Origin: Planctomycetota bacterium
GTDB lineage: Bacteria > Planctomycetota > UBA1135 > UBA2386
Length of the DNA stretch: 64,000 nucleotides
Assembly: GCA_965228735.1 (NCBI GenBank)
Contig: OZ245838.1
Span: 5,696,001-5,760,000, forward strand
Reading direction: 5' to 3'
Below, one piece after another: positions 35,661-44,530 of the stretch. Positions within the stretch are counted from its first letter, which is position 1. The number at the start of each line of letters is the position of its first letter. Made by a program: the position numbers and the translations under genes. Below the pieces are notes generated by a model, which saw nothing but the letters and a program-made list of their open reading frames with translations, did no database searches and was not told the DNA's origin.

Positions 35661-37502
35661 ATGACCACGCTCAGCGCTCGTCCGATTCTCGCCTTCGCTG
35701 CATTCGCCGCGGCTGCGGTGCCGCTCGCGGCCCAGGCCAAACCCGTCTTCGAGGACGGGCAGGCCCAGGTCGTCAAGGCCTTCGAGGACCGCACGTCCTG
35801 GATCCGCGAACGGTTGTGGGTCGAGACCGACTTCGACACGGACGGCGACGGCGACAAGGATCGGATGCACGTGAACGTGATCCGCATGCCGCAGACGGAG
35901 GACGGGCTGAAGGTGCCGGTCATCTACGAGACGAGCCCCTACTACGCCGGTGTCGCCGGCAACGCGGCCGACAAGTTCTGGGACCCCAAGCACGAGCTCG
36001 GCGCGGAGCCGCCGACGCGGGGGCCGTTGCCGTCGATCCGCCACCAGCCCGGTCGCGAGCGCATCTCCGGTGACGGTCTGGCGCGGCAGTGGGTGCCGCG
36101 CGGGTTCGCCGTCGTGCACTCCGAATCGCCCGGCACGGGCCTGTCGGAAGGCTGCCCGACGGTCGGCGGCGCCAACGAGGCGTATGCACCGAAGGCGGTC
36201 ATCGACTGGCTCAACGGCCGCGCCAAGGGCTACACCAAGCCCGACGGCGGCAAGGAGGTCGAGGCGACGTGGTGCACGGGCAAGGTCGGCATGACCGGCA
36301 CCTCCTACAACGGCACGCTGCCGATCGCGGCGGCGACGACCGGGGTCGAAGGGCTCGATGCGATCATTCCGATCGCGCCCAACACGTCGTACTGGCACTA
36401 CTACCGCAGCCACGGCCTCGTGCGGCACCCGGGCGGCTACATGGGCGAGGACATCGACGTCCTCTACGACTTCATCAACAGCGGTGACCCGAAGAAGCGG
36501 TCGTACTGCAACCAGAAGATCCGCGACGAGCTCTACGCGGAGAACATGGACCGCGTCACGGGCGACTACAACGAGTTCTGGGCCGGCCGCGACTACGGCA
36601 ATCAGCTGAGCAAGTACAGGACGCCGACGCTCATGGCGCACGCGTTCAACGATTGGAACGTGATGCCCGAGCACAGCGTGCGGATCTACGCGGCGCTCAA
36701 GCAGAAGGGCGTGCCCTGCATCGCGTATTTCCACCAGGGCGGTCACGGCGGGCCGCCGCCGTTCGAGCTGCAGAACAAGTGGTTCACCAAGTTCCTCTAC
36801 GGCGTCGACAACGACGTCGATCGCGGCAAGCGCGCGTGGATCGTGCGGGCCAAGGACGCCAACCGGCGCGGCTTCGGTGAGCCGACGCCCTATGACGACT
36901 ACCCCAACCCGAAGGCCGAGCCCGTGACGCTGCACCTGTCGGCGGGCGGTCGCAAGGTCGGCGGGCTCGGGCTCGTCGCGAAGCCCGACGCCGGGCCGGA
37001 GACGCTGGTCGACAACGTCAAGTTCCCGGGCCGCGTGCTCGTGAACGAGGCGGAGTCCGAGCACCGGCTGCTGTATCAGACGCCGGAGCTGCAGGCGCCG
37101 CTGCACATCTCGGGAACGGCGGAGATCACGATCCGGCTCGCGGCCAGCAAGCCGGCGTGCAACCTGTCGGTCTGGCTCGTGCAGTTGCCGTGGCAGAACC
37201 GGGCGCGAACGGTCGACAAGATCATCACGCGCGGCTGGGCCGATCCGCAGAATCGCAACTCGATGACGAAGAGCGAGCCGCTCGTGCCCGGTGAGTTCGT
37301 CGAGATGACGTTCACGCTGCAGCCCGACGATCAGGTCATCGAGAAAGGGCGGCGGATCGCGCTGATGATCTTCTCGAGCGACCGCGACTTCACGCTCTAC
37401 CCCGAAGCCGGCACCGAGCTGCGGGTCGACCTCGCGAAGACCACGCTGCGCCTGCCGATCGTCGGTGGGGCGGCGGCTGCGAAGGCGAGCCTCGGGCAGT
37501 AG
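35661..37502 (+). CDS. pepX: secreted Xaa-Pro dipeptidyl-peptidase (S15)
   Basis: GTSYNG nucleophile, DWNV, HQGGH, ITRGWADPQN. Confidence 0.85.
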   Translation: MTTLSARPILAFAAFAAAAVPLAAQAKPVFEDGQAQVVKAFEDRTSWIRERLWVETDFDTDGDGDKDRMHVNVIRMPQTEDGLKVPVIYETSPYYAGVAGNAADKFWDPKHELGAEPPTRGPLPSIRHQPGRERISGDGLARQWVPRGFAVVHSESPGTGLSEGCPTVGGANEAYAPKAVIDWLNGRAKGYTKPDGGKEVEATWCTGKVGMTGTSYNGTLPIAAATTGVEGLDAIIPIAPNTSYWHYYRSHGLVRHPGGYMGEDIDVLYDFINSGDPKKRSYCNQKIRDELYAENMDRVTGDYNEFWAGRDYGNQLSKYRTPTLMAHAFNDWNVMPEHSVRIYAALKQKGVPCIAYFHQGGHGGPPPFELQNKWFTKFLYGVDNDVDRGKRAWIVRAKDANRRGFGEPTPYDDYPNPKAEPVTLHLSAGGRKVGGLGLVAKPDAGPETLVDNVKFPGRVLVNEAESEHRLLYQTPELQAPLHISGTAEITIRLAASKPACNLSVWLVQLPWQNRARTVDKIITRGWADPQNRNSMTKSEPLVPGEFVEMTFTLQPDDQVIEKGRRIALMIFSSDRDFTLYPEAGTELRVDLAKTTLRLPIVGGAAAAKASLGQ

Positions 37503-37535
37503 CGCCGCGTTTCCAAAGGCCGCAGACGCAGCGGC

Positions 37536-38978
37536 TCAGCGCGCCCGGACCTGGAACGTATGGGTCATGCCGGTCGGCTGACCGTTGCGATCGAGCACGA
37601 ACCAGACCAGATTGATCGGCTCGGGTCCGTTGCCGAGGAACGGGATCTGTAACTCGATGCTCTGCTTGTCGACGCCCCGGCCCGGCCGGCGGTCGACGGT
37701 GAGGATCGGGACCTGAACGCCGCTGACGCGGAGCTCGGCGCTGGCGTCGAACGGACTCGCGAAACCCTGCAGCGTCGCGCGGTAGCGGGTGAAGGTCGCG
37801 TTCTCCGGCCACCGCGTCTGGTGGAGGGAGAAGTGCAGCTCCGCGTTGCCCGGAGGTGTCAGCGGTGTGAGCAGGGCCGTGCGTTCGAGCCGGAGCTGGT
37901 GGTGAAACGGATTGAGGCCGTCGGCGCCCGGGTCGTCCGAGCACGATGTGACCACGCCCTGCTGACCCTTGGTGAGCCCGAGCGCGGTTTCGACGAAGCG
38001 CTCGCCGGCGATGTCCTTGAGCGGGCCGCGATAGGTCAACACCTGGCCGAGCGGCTCGAGCCGCCACGTGCCGCAGATCCAGACCTGCTCGTCGAGGTCG
38101 GCGTTGGCCGTGCTCAGCAGCACCTCGATGCCGTTCGTGCCGTAAGGATCCCCGATGAACTCCGGATCCATCACCGACAACGCATCGATGACCGTGTCGG
38201 GGTCCAGATCGAGGTCGTCCGCGTCCTTCCAGACCGTCGGTCCTGACCAGCCGGTGGAGTCGTGCCAGTGGTTCACGAAGATCGTCGATGGCTTCCGCCA
38301 GTTCGGACCACTCGATGGGCCCCAGCCGATGGGGATACTGTCGTAGGCCATCGGTCCGTTGGTCGTGACGAGCGTGAAGTAGAACGAGAACCGTGGCCCA
38401 CCCATGCTCTCGTCCGCGTCATCCGAATACGCCGTGGTCGCGCCGTAGCCCGAGATGTAGCTGTCGATCCCGCTCAGAGCGCCGATGCCGATCTCGGTGC
38501 CTTCGCGCACCTTCAGCACCTCGCCGACCTGGTCATCCGGAAAATAGGTGTCGCTGCCGGTCGCGACGTAGCTGAACACGTCGCCGTCGAGTCCGCCGCT
38601 GGTGGCGTCTTCTGCCGCGTAGATCGAGCCGGGGTCCCAGCCGGTGCCGGTCACGGAGAACAGGATGAACGACCAGCCACCGCTGTCGACCTCCAGGTGG
38701 ACGTGGTCCGGGTCGAGCATGCGGCTGAACGTCGCGCCCGTGCCGCGGCTGAAGCTGTTGACGCGGAGGTCGGCGCCCGATGGCAGCGGCACCATCGTCG
38801 CCAGGTTGAACCGACTGTCGACCTCCGGCATCGGCACGGGGCCCTCGTCGGCTTCCGAGTAGGTCATCTGGCTCGTGGTGGCGCTGGTGGCCGCGAGCGG
38901 GATGTCCATGAGGATGCCGGACGTCGGGATCGGATCCTGTTGGACGAGAACGAGAGCAGTCAGGGACAGAGTGAGCAT
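37536..38978 (-). CDS. secreted hypothetical protein, third gene of the ECF-kinase operon
   Basis: Short signal MLTLSLTALVLVQQ. Acidic, beta-rich. 9 bp downstream of the kinase. Confidence 0.7.
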   Translation of the reverse strand: MLTLSLTALVLVQQDPIPTSGILMDIPLAATSATTSQMTYSEADEGPVPMPEVDSRFNLATMVPLPSGADLRVNSFSRGTGATFSRMLDPDHVHLEVDSGGWSFILFSVTGTGWDPGSIYAAEDATSGGLDGDVFSYVATGSDTYFPDDQVGEVLKVREGTEIGIGALSGIDSYISGYGATTAYSDDADESMGGPRFSFYFTLVTTNGPMAYDSIPIGWGPSSGPNWRKPSTIFVNHWHDSTGWSGPTVWKDADDLDLDPDTVIDALSVMDPEFIGDPYGTNGIEVLLSTANADLDEQVWICGTWRLEPLGQVLTYRGPLKDIAGERFVETALGLTKGQQGVVTSCSDDPGADGLNPFHHQLRLERTALLTPLTPPGNAELHFSLHQTRWPENATFTRYRATLQGFASPFDASAELRVSGVQVPILTVDRRPGRGVDKQSIELQIPFLGNGPEPINLVWFVLDRNGQPTGMTHTFQVRAR

Positions 38979-38987
38979 CGTCGGTTT

Positions 38988-41567
38988 CTACTTGGGTGAA
39001 GTGTCGGATCGTTGGGCGAGCGTCTGGGCCTGCAACTCGAGCATCTCGGCCAGCGCCCGGCGCACGTCGGGGTCCGGCACGAGCGCGTCGGCGTTCTTCA
39101 CCGCGTTGGCCAGAGCCTGCATGTGCGCGGAACTCGTCGGTCGCTCGCGCAGGAGCTCGGCGAGCTTCTCGACGCGCTGTGCGGGCGTCGTTTCCACGAG
39201 CACGAGGAGCTCGATGTTCTGCGTGATGGTCCGGTGGTCGGCCGTGCCCGGGGCGACGGCAGCCAGCGCGGTGCGGTAGTGATCGAGCGCGATCGTCTCC
39301 GCCGCGAGGGCGTCCTCGAACCGGCCTTCGCCGAACAGCTGAAGGGCGCGCAGCGCCTCGATGAAGCCGCGGTAGAAGTCGCGATGCCACGGTTCGACGA
39401 GGTGACCGGAGCGCTCCATGCCGTCGATCGCCGCGACCGCCGCATCGAAGTCGCCGATCTGGGCGAGCAGTTCGGCGATCAGCGCGACGGCGTTGAGGTT
39501 CTGCGGCCGCAGGCGCTTGGCTGCGAGGATCAGGTCCAGCGCCGCGTCTGGCTGGCCCAGCTCCTTCCGGACGATCGCCAGGTTGAAGTTGGTGCCGAAC
39601 GCCGCGGGGCAGAGCTGGAGCGCGAGCGCGAGGGCCGTCTCCGCACCTTCGTAATCGCGGAGGTCGAGCAGCGCCGAGCCGCGGTAGTAGAGATTCCGGG
39701 CGGTCGCGCAGCCCTGTTCCCGTTCGAGCAGCTCGCTTTCGACGAGCAGTCGCGTGAGGAGCGTGCGGTCGCCGTTCTCGAAGAACGCGGCCTTGCCGCG
39801 GCCCTTCAGCAATCCGAGCCGGATGTTGCGCGCGTGGACGCCGGTCGCGGGTTCGAGGGCCTGCATCGCGGCCTCGGTCTTGCGAGCGCGATACAGCTGG
39901 AATCCGAGCACGACGCGGTCCGCTTCCGTCTGCGGTGCGGGCAGGTCGTCGAGATCGAGCCCGAGCACGCCGGGGCGCGTGGTGTCGACCGCCTCGTAGC
40001 GCCGCAAGAACGCGCGCAGGAACGGCGATTCGTGGCGTTCGACGATCCAGCGAATGTCGGCGGTGCTGTCGTCGACGCTGTCGCGACCCCCGCGATCGAG
40101 CAGCAGCGCGGAGCGCAGCAGGCGAGCGAACAGATCGTCGGGCCGAAGCTGCAGGATCGTACTCAGCTGCGCGAGGTAGCCCTCGCGTTCGTCGGCATCC
40201 AGTCGAGGGCGGAGCTCGAACGAACCCTCGAACGCCATCGCCGGCGCGAGCGCGCTGATCCCGTCCTGGTAGCGCTCCTCCCGCGCGGCAGCTTCCGCAC
40301 GGGCAACGCTGCCGGCGTGGCTCACGACGGGAATCGTGACCGCGACGGCGAGCAAGACGAGCAGCATGGCGACGGCAGGTGCCGGACGTCGGCGCACGGC
40401 GCGCAGCCAGCGCGTCGGTCGGCTGATCGGCCGCGCCCGCACCGGCAGCTGCTCGGTCAGCGCCTGCAGGTCGTCGGCGAGCTGCCGCATCGTGCCGTAG
40501 CGCCGCCGCGGATCGCGCTCGAGCCCCTTCTCGATCACCGCGCAGAGGTCCCGCGACAGCTCGGGGCGGACCCGGGCCGGGGGCGCGGGCTCCGTGGTCG
40601 CGAGCTGTCGCAGCACGTCGTCGTAGTCGCCCTCGTACGGCGGGCGCAACGTCGCGAGGTGATAGAGCGTCGCGCACAGTCCGTACACGTCGACCTGTTC
40701 GGTCAGCTCGCCGCGGCTGCCGACCTGTTCGGGCGCCATGTACCACGGCGACCCGACCGTCGATCCCTGCGCCGTCAGGGCGCCATCGCCGGCCTTCGCG
40801 GCGATGCCGAAGTCGAGCAGGATCGCGTTTCCTTCCCCATCCACAAAGATGTTGGTTGGTTTCACGTCGCGGTGCATCACGCCGGCAGCGTGGGCCGCTT
40901 CCAGCGCGGACGCCACCTGGCGGCACCAGTGCACGACCTGCGGCAGGTAACCGAGGCCGCGAGCTTCGAGGTCGAAGTGCCGCCGCAGCCAGCCGCTGTC
41001 GAGGCGTCGGCCGATCGATGCGGCGTCCGTCGCGGGCCGGGCCACGTGCGAGTCCGTCGCGTCCATCTCCGCCTGCTGGAGGATCGCGGACAGCGGCACG
41101 CCGACCAGGTGCTCCATCACGATGTAGTGCAGCCCCTCGGGCGACCGCCCGTGGTCGTACACGTCGACGATGTGTCGGTGGCGCAAGGACGCGAGCACGC
41201 GAGCTTCGCGTTCGAAGCGTTCGTGGCGGGACTGGCTCGCGAAGAGACCGTTCTGCAGGAGCTTGGCCGCGACCGCGCGGCGCAGCGTGCGGTCCGTCGC
41301 GCGGTAGACCGAGCCCATGGCCCCGATCCCGATGCAGTCGTGCAGTTCGTAGCGGTCGTCGAGCACCGAGCCGGTGAGCGGATCTGCGAACGTCGCCGCT
41401 TCACCGTCGGCGGTAGGGGCGTCGATCACGGCGTCGATCCGCAGCAGCCGCTCGACCTCGGGAATGAGCTCGGGGTGATCGGCGCAGATCATGGTCAGGT
41501 CGACCGCACGGCCGGCGGCGCGGTCCTCGAGGGCGCGCGCCACGTACTGCTCGACGCGGTCATCCAT
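38988..41567 (-). CDS. Ser/Thr kinase - TM - TPR protein
   Basis: GIGAMG, HRDVKPTN, DFG, YMAPEQ. One TM helix. TPR-like helices. Confidence 0.9.
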   Translation of the reverse strand: MDDRVEQYVARALEDRAAGRAVDLTMICADHPELIPEVERLLRIDAVIDAPTADGEAATFADPLTGSVLDDRYELHDCIGIGAMGSVYRATDRTLRRAVAAKLLQNGLFASQSRHERFEREARVLASLRHRHIVDVYDHGRSPEGLHYIVMEHLVGVPLSAILQQAEMDATDSHVARPATDAASIGRRLDSGWLRRHFDLEARGLGYLPQVVHWCRQVASALEAAHAAGVMHRDVKPTNIFVDGEGNAILLDFGIAAKAGDGALTAQGSTVGSPWYMAPEQVGSRGELTEQVDVYGLCATLYHLATLRPPYEGDYDDVLRQLATTEPAPPARVRPELSRDLCAVIEKGLERDPRRRYGTMRQLADDLQALTEQLPVRARPISRPTRWLRAVRRRPAPAVAMLLVLLAVAVTIPVVSHAGSVARAEAAAREERYQDGISALAPAMAFEGSFELRPRLDADEREGYLAQLSTILQLRPDDLFARLLRSALLLDRGGRDSVDDSTADIRWIVERHESPFLRAFLRRYEAVDTTRPGVLGLDLDDLPAPQTEADRVVLGFQLYRARKTEAAMQALEPATGVHARNIRLGLLKGRGKAAFFENGDRTLLTRLLVESELLEREQGCATARNLYYRGSALLDLRDYEGAETALALALQLCPAAFGTNFNLAIVRKELGQPDAALDLILAAKRLRPQNLNAVALIAELLAQIGDFDAAVAAIDGMERSGHLVEPWHRDFYRGFIEALRALQLFGEGRFEDALAAETIALDHYRTALAAVAPGTADHRTITQNIELLVLVETTPAQRVEKLAELLRERPTSSAHMQALANAVKNADALVPDPDVRRALAEMLELQAQTLAQRSDTSPK

Positions 41568-42234
41568 CCCCGGTCCTCCCGACGTTCTCGACCTCGATGC
41601 CGCGCGCGCCGAGGCGCACGAGCAGGCGCGCCTTGGCGGAGTGGAACGCCTTGCGCGCCGCGTCGACCGTGTTGTAGCCGAGGCGGTTGCTGATCTCCTC
41701 GAAGCTGCACCGCGCCTCGATGCGCAGCGTCAGCAGGTTGCGGTCGCGGTCGTCGAAGCTGGCGAGCACCTCGGTGTAGATCCGCTGCTGTTCGTTGCTC
41801 CACGCCTGTTCGAGCGGTGTCTCCCCGGGCGTGTGCACCTGTTGCAGCCGGTCCCCGCTCTCGGTGGGCGAGTGGTGCAGGCGACGGTCGCGCCGCGCGG
41901 CCTGATGGAAGCGCGTCTGGTCGACGATCTGGGTCTCGACGGCCTTGGTGAGATACGCGACGAACTGCGCCGGTCGCGCGTCGTCGAGCTCGAGTTGCCC
42001 GCTCAGCACCTTGAGGAACACCGTGTGGACGATGTCACCCGTGCTGAACATCGCGGCCATCACGTTCCCCTGGCGCCGGAACCGCAGCTGCAGCCGCCGG
42101 TGCACCGCGCGCTCCACCTGCTCGTAATACTCGCCGACGATCGCATCGAGCGCGTCCTGGTCGCCGCGACGCACGGCGGCGAGCAGCGCCGCGAGGTCGT
42201 CGGGTCGGTCGTCGGGGGATGGGGCTTGCTCCAT
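41560..42234 (-). CDS. ECF sigma factor overlapping the kinase start
   Basis: LLAAVRRGDQDAL, DIVHTVF, SFEEISNRLG..ARKAFHSAKARL. Confidence 0.85.
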   Translation of the reverse strand: MEQAPSPDDRPDDLAALLAAVRRGDQDALDAIVGEYYEQVERAVHRRLQLRFRRQGNVMAAMFSTGDIVHTVFLKVLSGQLELDDARPAQFVAYLTKAVETQIVDQTRFHQAARRDRRLHHSPTESGDRLQQVHTPGETPLEQAWSNEQQRIYTEVLASFDDRDRNLLTLRIEARCSFEEISNRLGYNTVDAARKAFHSAKARLLVRLGARGIEVENVGRTGDG

Positions 42235-42325
42235 GGCGAGATCGGGGACACCGCGGGCGAGCACGGTGTCGGTTGCCAGGAGACCAGACGGAAGCCCGAT
42301 CGCCAACCGGAACGCAAAGTCGACA

Positions 42326-42356
42326 ATTGTGCGGCGTTGCTCTTATGGTCTGTCAA
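42326..42356 (-). promoter_or_regulatory. possible sigma70-type promoter for the ECF operon
   Basis: TTGACA-N19-CACAAT on the minus strand in an AT-richer patch. The spacer is long. Confidence 0.25.
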
Positions 42357-42391
42357 GAAGCGATTTACGCCATAGTAAGGGCGCCTCGGCG

Positions 42392-42820
42392 CTACTCGGC
42401 CACGGTCACGCGCACGTCCAGATCATCGGGCTGCACGACCTCGCGCCACGTTTGGCCGTCGGCGGGCGTGACCGCGAACGACAGCTTTCCGGTGCGCAGC
42501 GCGATGGTGTCGCCGTGGTCGTTGGCCGTCGGCCGGGCGTGCAGCAGGATCGGCTGACGCGCCGTGGGGTCGTGGTAGATCAGGTTGACGAAGCGGAACC
42601 CGCCGGGCACCTGCCCCGGGAGTCGCGGGCTCACCCAGACCGCGACGAGCTCGTGGTCACCGATCGCGTAGTGCCAGCAATCGTCGTTGGGCTCGGCGGT
42701 CGGTGCCTCCGACATCGCGGCGGGGGCAGGGGCGGCGACCGTCGGGTCGAGCTGCGCGCAGCAGGCGAGGAGCAGCACCGAGCCGAGCAGCGAGAACGTG
42801 ATGGTCGTGTGGACGTTCAT
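42392..42820 (-). CDS. hypothetical lipoprotein
   Basis: MNVHTTITFSLLGSVLLLACC lipobox. Confidence 0.6.
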   Translation of the reverse strand: MNVHTTITFSLLGSVLLLACCAQLDPTVAAPAPAAMSEAPTAEPNDDCWHYAIGDHELVAVWVSPRLPGQVPGGFRFVNLIYHDPTARQPILLHARPTANDHGDTIALRTGKLSFAVTPADGQTWREVVQPDDLDVRVTVAE

Positions 42821-42848
42821 GATCGCATCGCGTGGTTCGTTGGTGAGT

Positions 42849-42876
42849 GTCCGCCCGACCCGGGGGTCGGGCGGAC
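42849..42876. terminator. perfect 12-bp GC hairpin between two small genes
   Basis: GTCCGCCCGACC-CGGG-GGTCGGGCGGAC. Confidence 0.5.
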
Positions 42877-42887
42877 GGCGAACGGTC

Positions 42888-43235
42888 CTAGTAGTCCGCT
42901 TCGAAGACCACGGTGCCGAGGCCGACGCACCACGCACCCCAGACGAACTGCGGGTAGACGTAGAAGTTGAAGCCGCGGTTGCTGTAGGTGATCGTCTCGT
43001 CGTCGTCGCTGTCGACGGACGCGATCGTGCCGTTGCCGAAGTCGAAGTTGTCGACGCGGGCCTTGTAGCCGACGACCGAGAAGCCGTTGAAGTTGCTGCC
43101 GTAGACGTCGGCAACGAAGCCGGTCAGCTCCGGCGCGCTGTTGCTGACCGGAACGGTCTCACTGCGCTGCTGCGCCGTGGCCGTGCCGACGAGGAGGGAC
43201 GCGCCGAGCGCGCCGCAGAGGATGGACTTGAGCAT
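42888..43235 (-). CDS. small secreted hypothetical protein (115 aa)
   Basis: AAAGGAAAG RBS. Signal peptide ending ATA-Q. Strong GC3 codon bias. Confidence 0.75.
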   Translation of the reverse strand: MLKSILCGALGASLLVGTATAQQRSETVPVSNSAPELTGFVADVYGSNFNGFSVVGYKARVDNFDFGNGTIASVDSDDDETITYSNRGFNFYVYPQFVWGAWCVGLGTVVFEADY

Positions 43236-43382
43236 AGTGCTTTCCTTTCGTTTCAGAGGGAGGCCACCGCGGACCGTTCACAGCCATCTGCGAACTCGCG
43301 TCGTTGGTGACCGACGCCGCATCGGCGTCTCCCCTACAGACGGGAGCGCGCGCGGGCAGCGGAAACGAAAAGGCGTTGCGCG

Positions 43383-44393
43383 TTACGCGCCGGGTCGCAG
43401 TGCCAGAGCGACGACCTCGGTCTCGATCTCGGTCCAGTGCAGTTTGTATTCCATGGTCGGCCCCATGTCGTACTGCTGCACGCCGGTCTCCGTGAGCCAG
43501 CGCAGCTTCTCGAGCTGCAGCACGTTTCCGAGCGAGGCATCGCGCCACGCGTCGTCGAAGCTGAACTGCTGGCCGCGATACACCGGGCCGGCCACGCCGC
43601 CGAAGATGAAGCCGATGTCCTGGCCATCGCCGTCGCGGGCGAGGATCACGCGGCCGATGCCGCTCCTGGCGAGTCGCCGCAGCAACACGCGGTAGAACTC
43701 GCGCGCGGGTGGCTCCGCCATGCCGCAGCGTTCGATCCCCTTCCAGCTGCGTTGTTCGACGGCGAGAACTCGGTCGTAGAGCGCGTGCGCGTCCGTGACC
43801 GTGCGCGGCGCGTGCCGTTCGAACGTCACGCCACGTTCTCGCAGCCGTCGCGCGGCCTTCTGCACACCGCGACGCCACTTGCCCGAGCGGCGGCCCAGGT
43901 AGCCGTCGAGTCCGCCGGCGAGCGACGCGCTGCGCATCGACTCACTCGTCGCGAGGTGGATGCCGCAACGATCACCGAAGCGCGCGATCAGCAGTTCGAG
44001 CAGCGGGTCGGTCGGTCGCAGCCCGGAGACGATCCAGACGGGAGGGGCGGCGCCCGGACGCTGGATCCGCAGCAACCGTTCGAAGAGGTCGGGCGCCGTC
44101 CTGCCGAGCAGCGGGCAACCGAAGAGCCAGTGGTTCTCGAGCGGCTCGTAGAGCGGCGGGTAGCCCGCGAATCGCCGTTCGGCGAACGCGACCACGCTGT
44201 CGTCGTCGCTCTCGATGACGAGCGGGCGGCCGATGCCCGAAGTCTCGTGGTACGACAGCTGCCACTCGGTGCGGCAGCAGAACGCGTCGGCCGGCGATTG
44301 GTCGGCCGCGGCCCGGTTCCAGACGGAATCGCCGCGATCGAGGGCCAGGACCTCGAGCGGGGTCGGCGTCAGGGATTGCGGGTCGAAGTCCAC
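43383..44393 (-). CDS. GNAT family (CelD/BcsL-like) acetyltransferase
   Basis: LDGYLGRRSGKWRR, EQRSWK, SLGNVL, YDMG..YKLHW. GTG start inferred. Confidence 0.75.
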   Translation of the reverse strand: MDFDPQSLTPTPLEVLALDRGDSVWNRAAADQSPADAFCCRTEWQLSYHETSGIGRPLVIESDDDSVVAFAERRFAGYPPLYEPLENHWLFGCPLLGRTAPDLFERLLRIQRPGAAPPVWIVSGLRPTDPLLELLIARFGDRCGIHLATSESMRSASLAGGLDGYLGRRSGKWRRGVQKAARRLRERGVTFERHAPRTVTDAHALYDRVLAVEQRSWKGIERCGMAEPPAREFYRVLLRRLARSGIGRVILARDGDGQDIGFIFGGVAGPVYRGQQFSFDDAWRDASLGNVLQLEKLRWLTETGVQQYDMGPTMEYKLHWTEIETEVVALALRPGA

Positions 44394-44530
44394 GGGTCGG
44401 GTCTCGCGGCGGGCGCGGGCCCCTGATGGTGCAGTACGAGCGGCCGGACGGCTACCGGGGGCCGGGGACGGGCCGTCGGAGAAAAACCGGACTATCGTGC
44501 AGCACGGGGCCGACCTCCGGTCCAGAGACG

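Noticed and set aside
42888..43235. RiPP precursor
   Set aside because: It has a Sec signal peptide and no adjacent maturase or peptidase-transporter.
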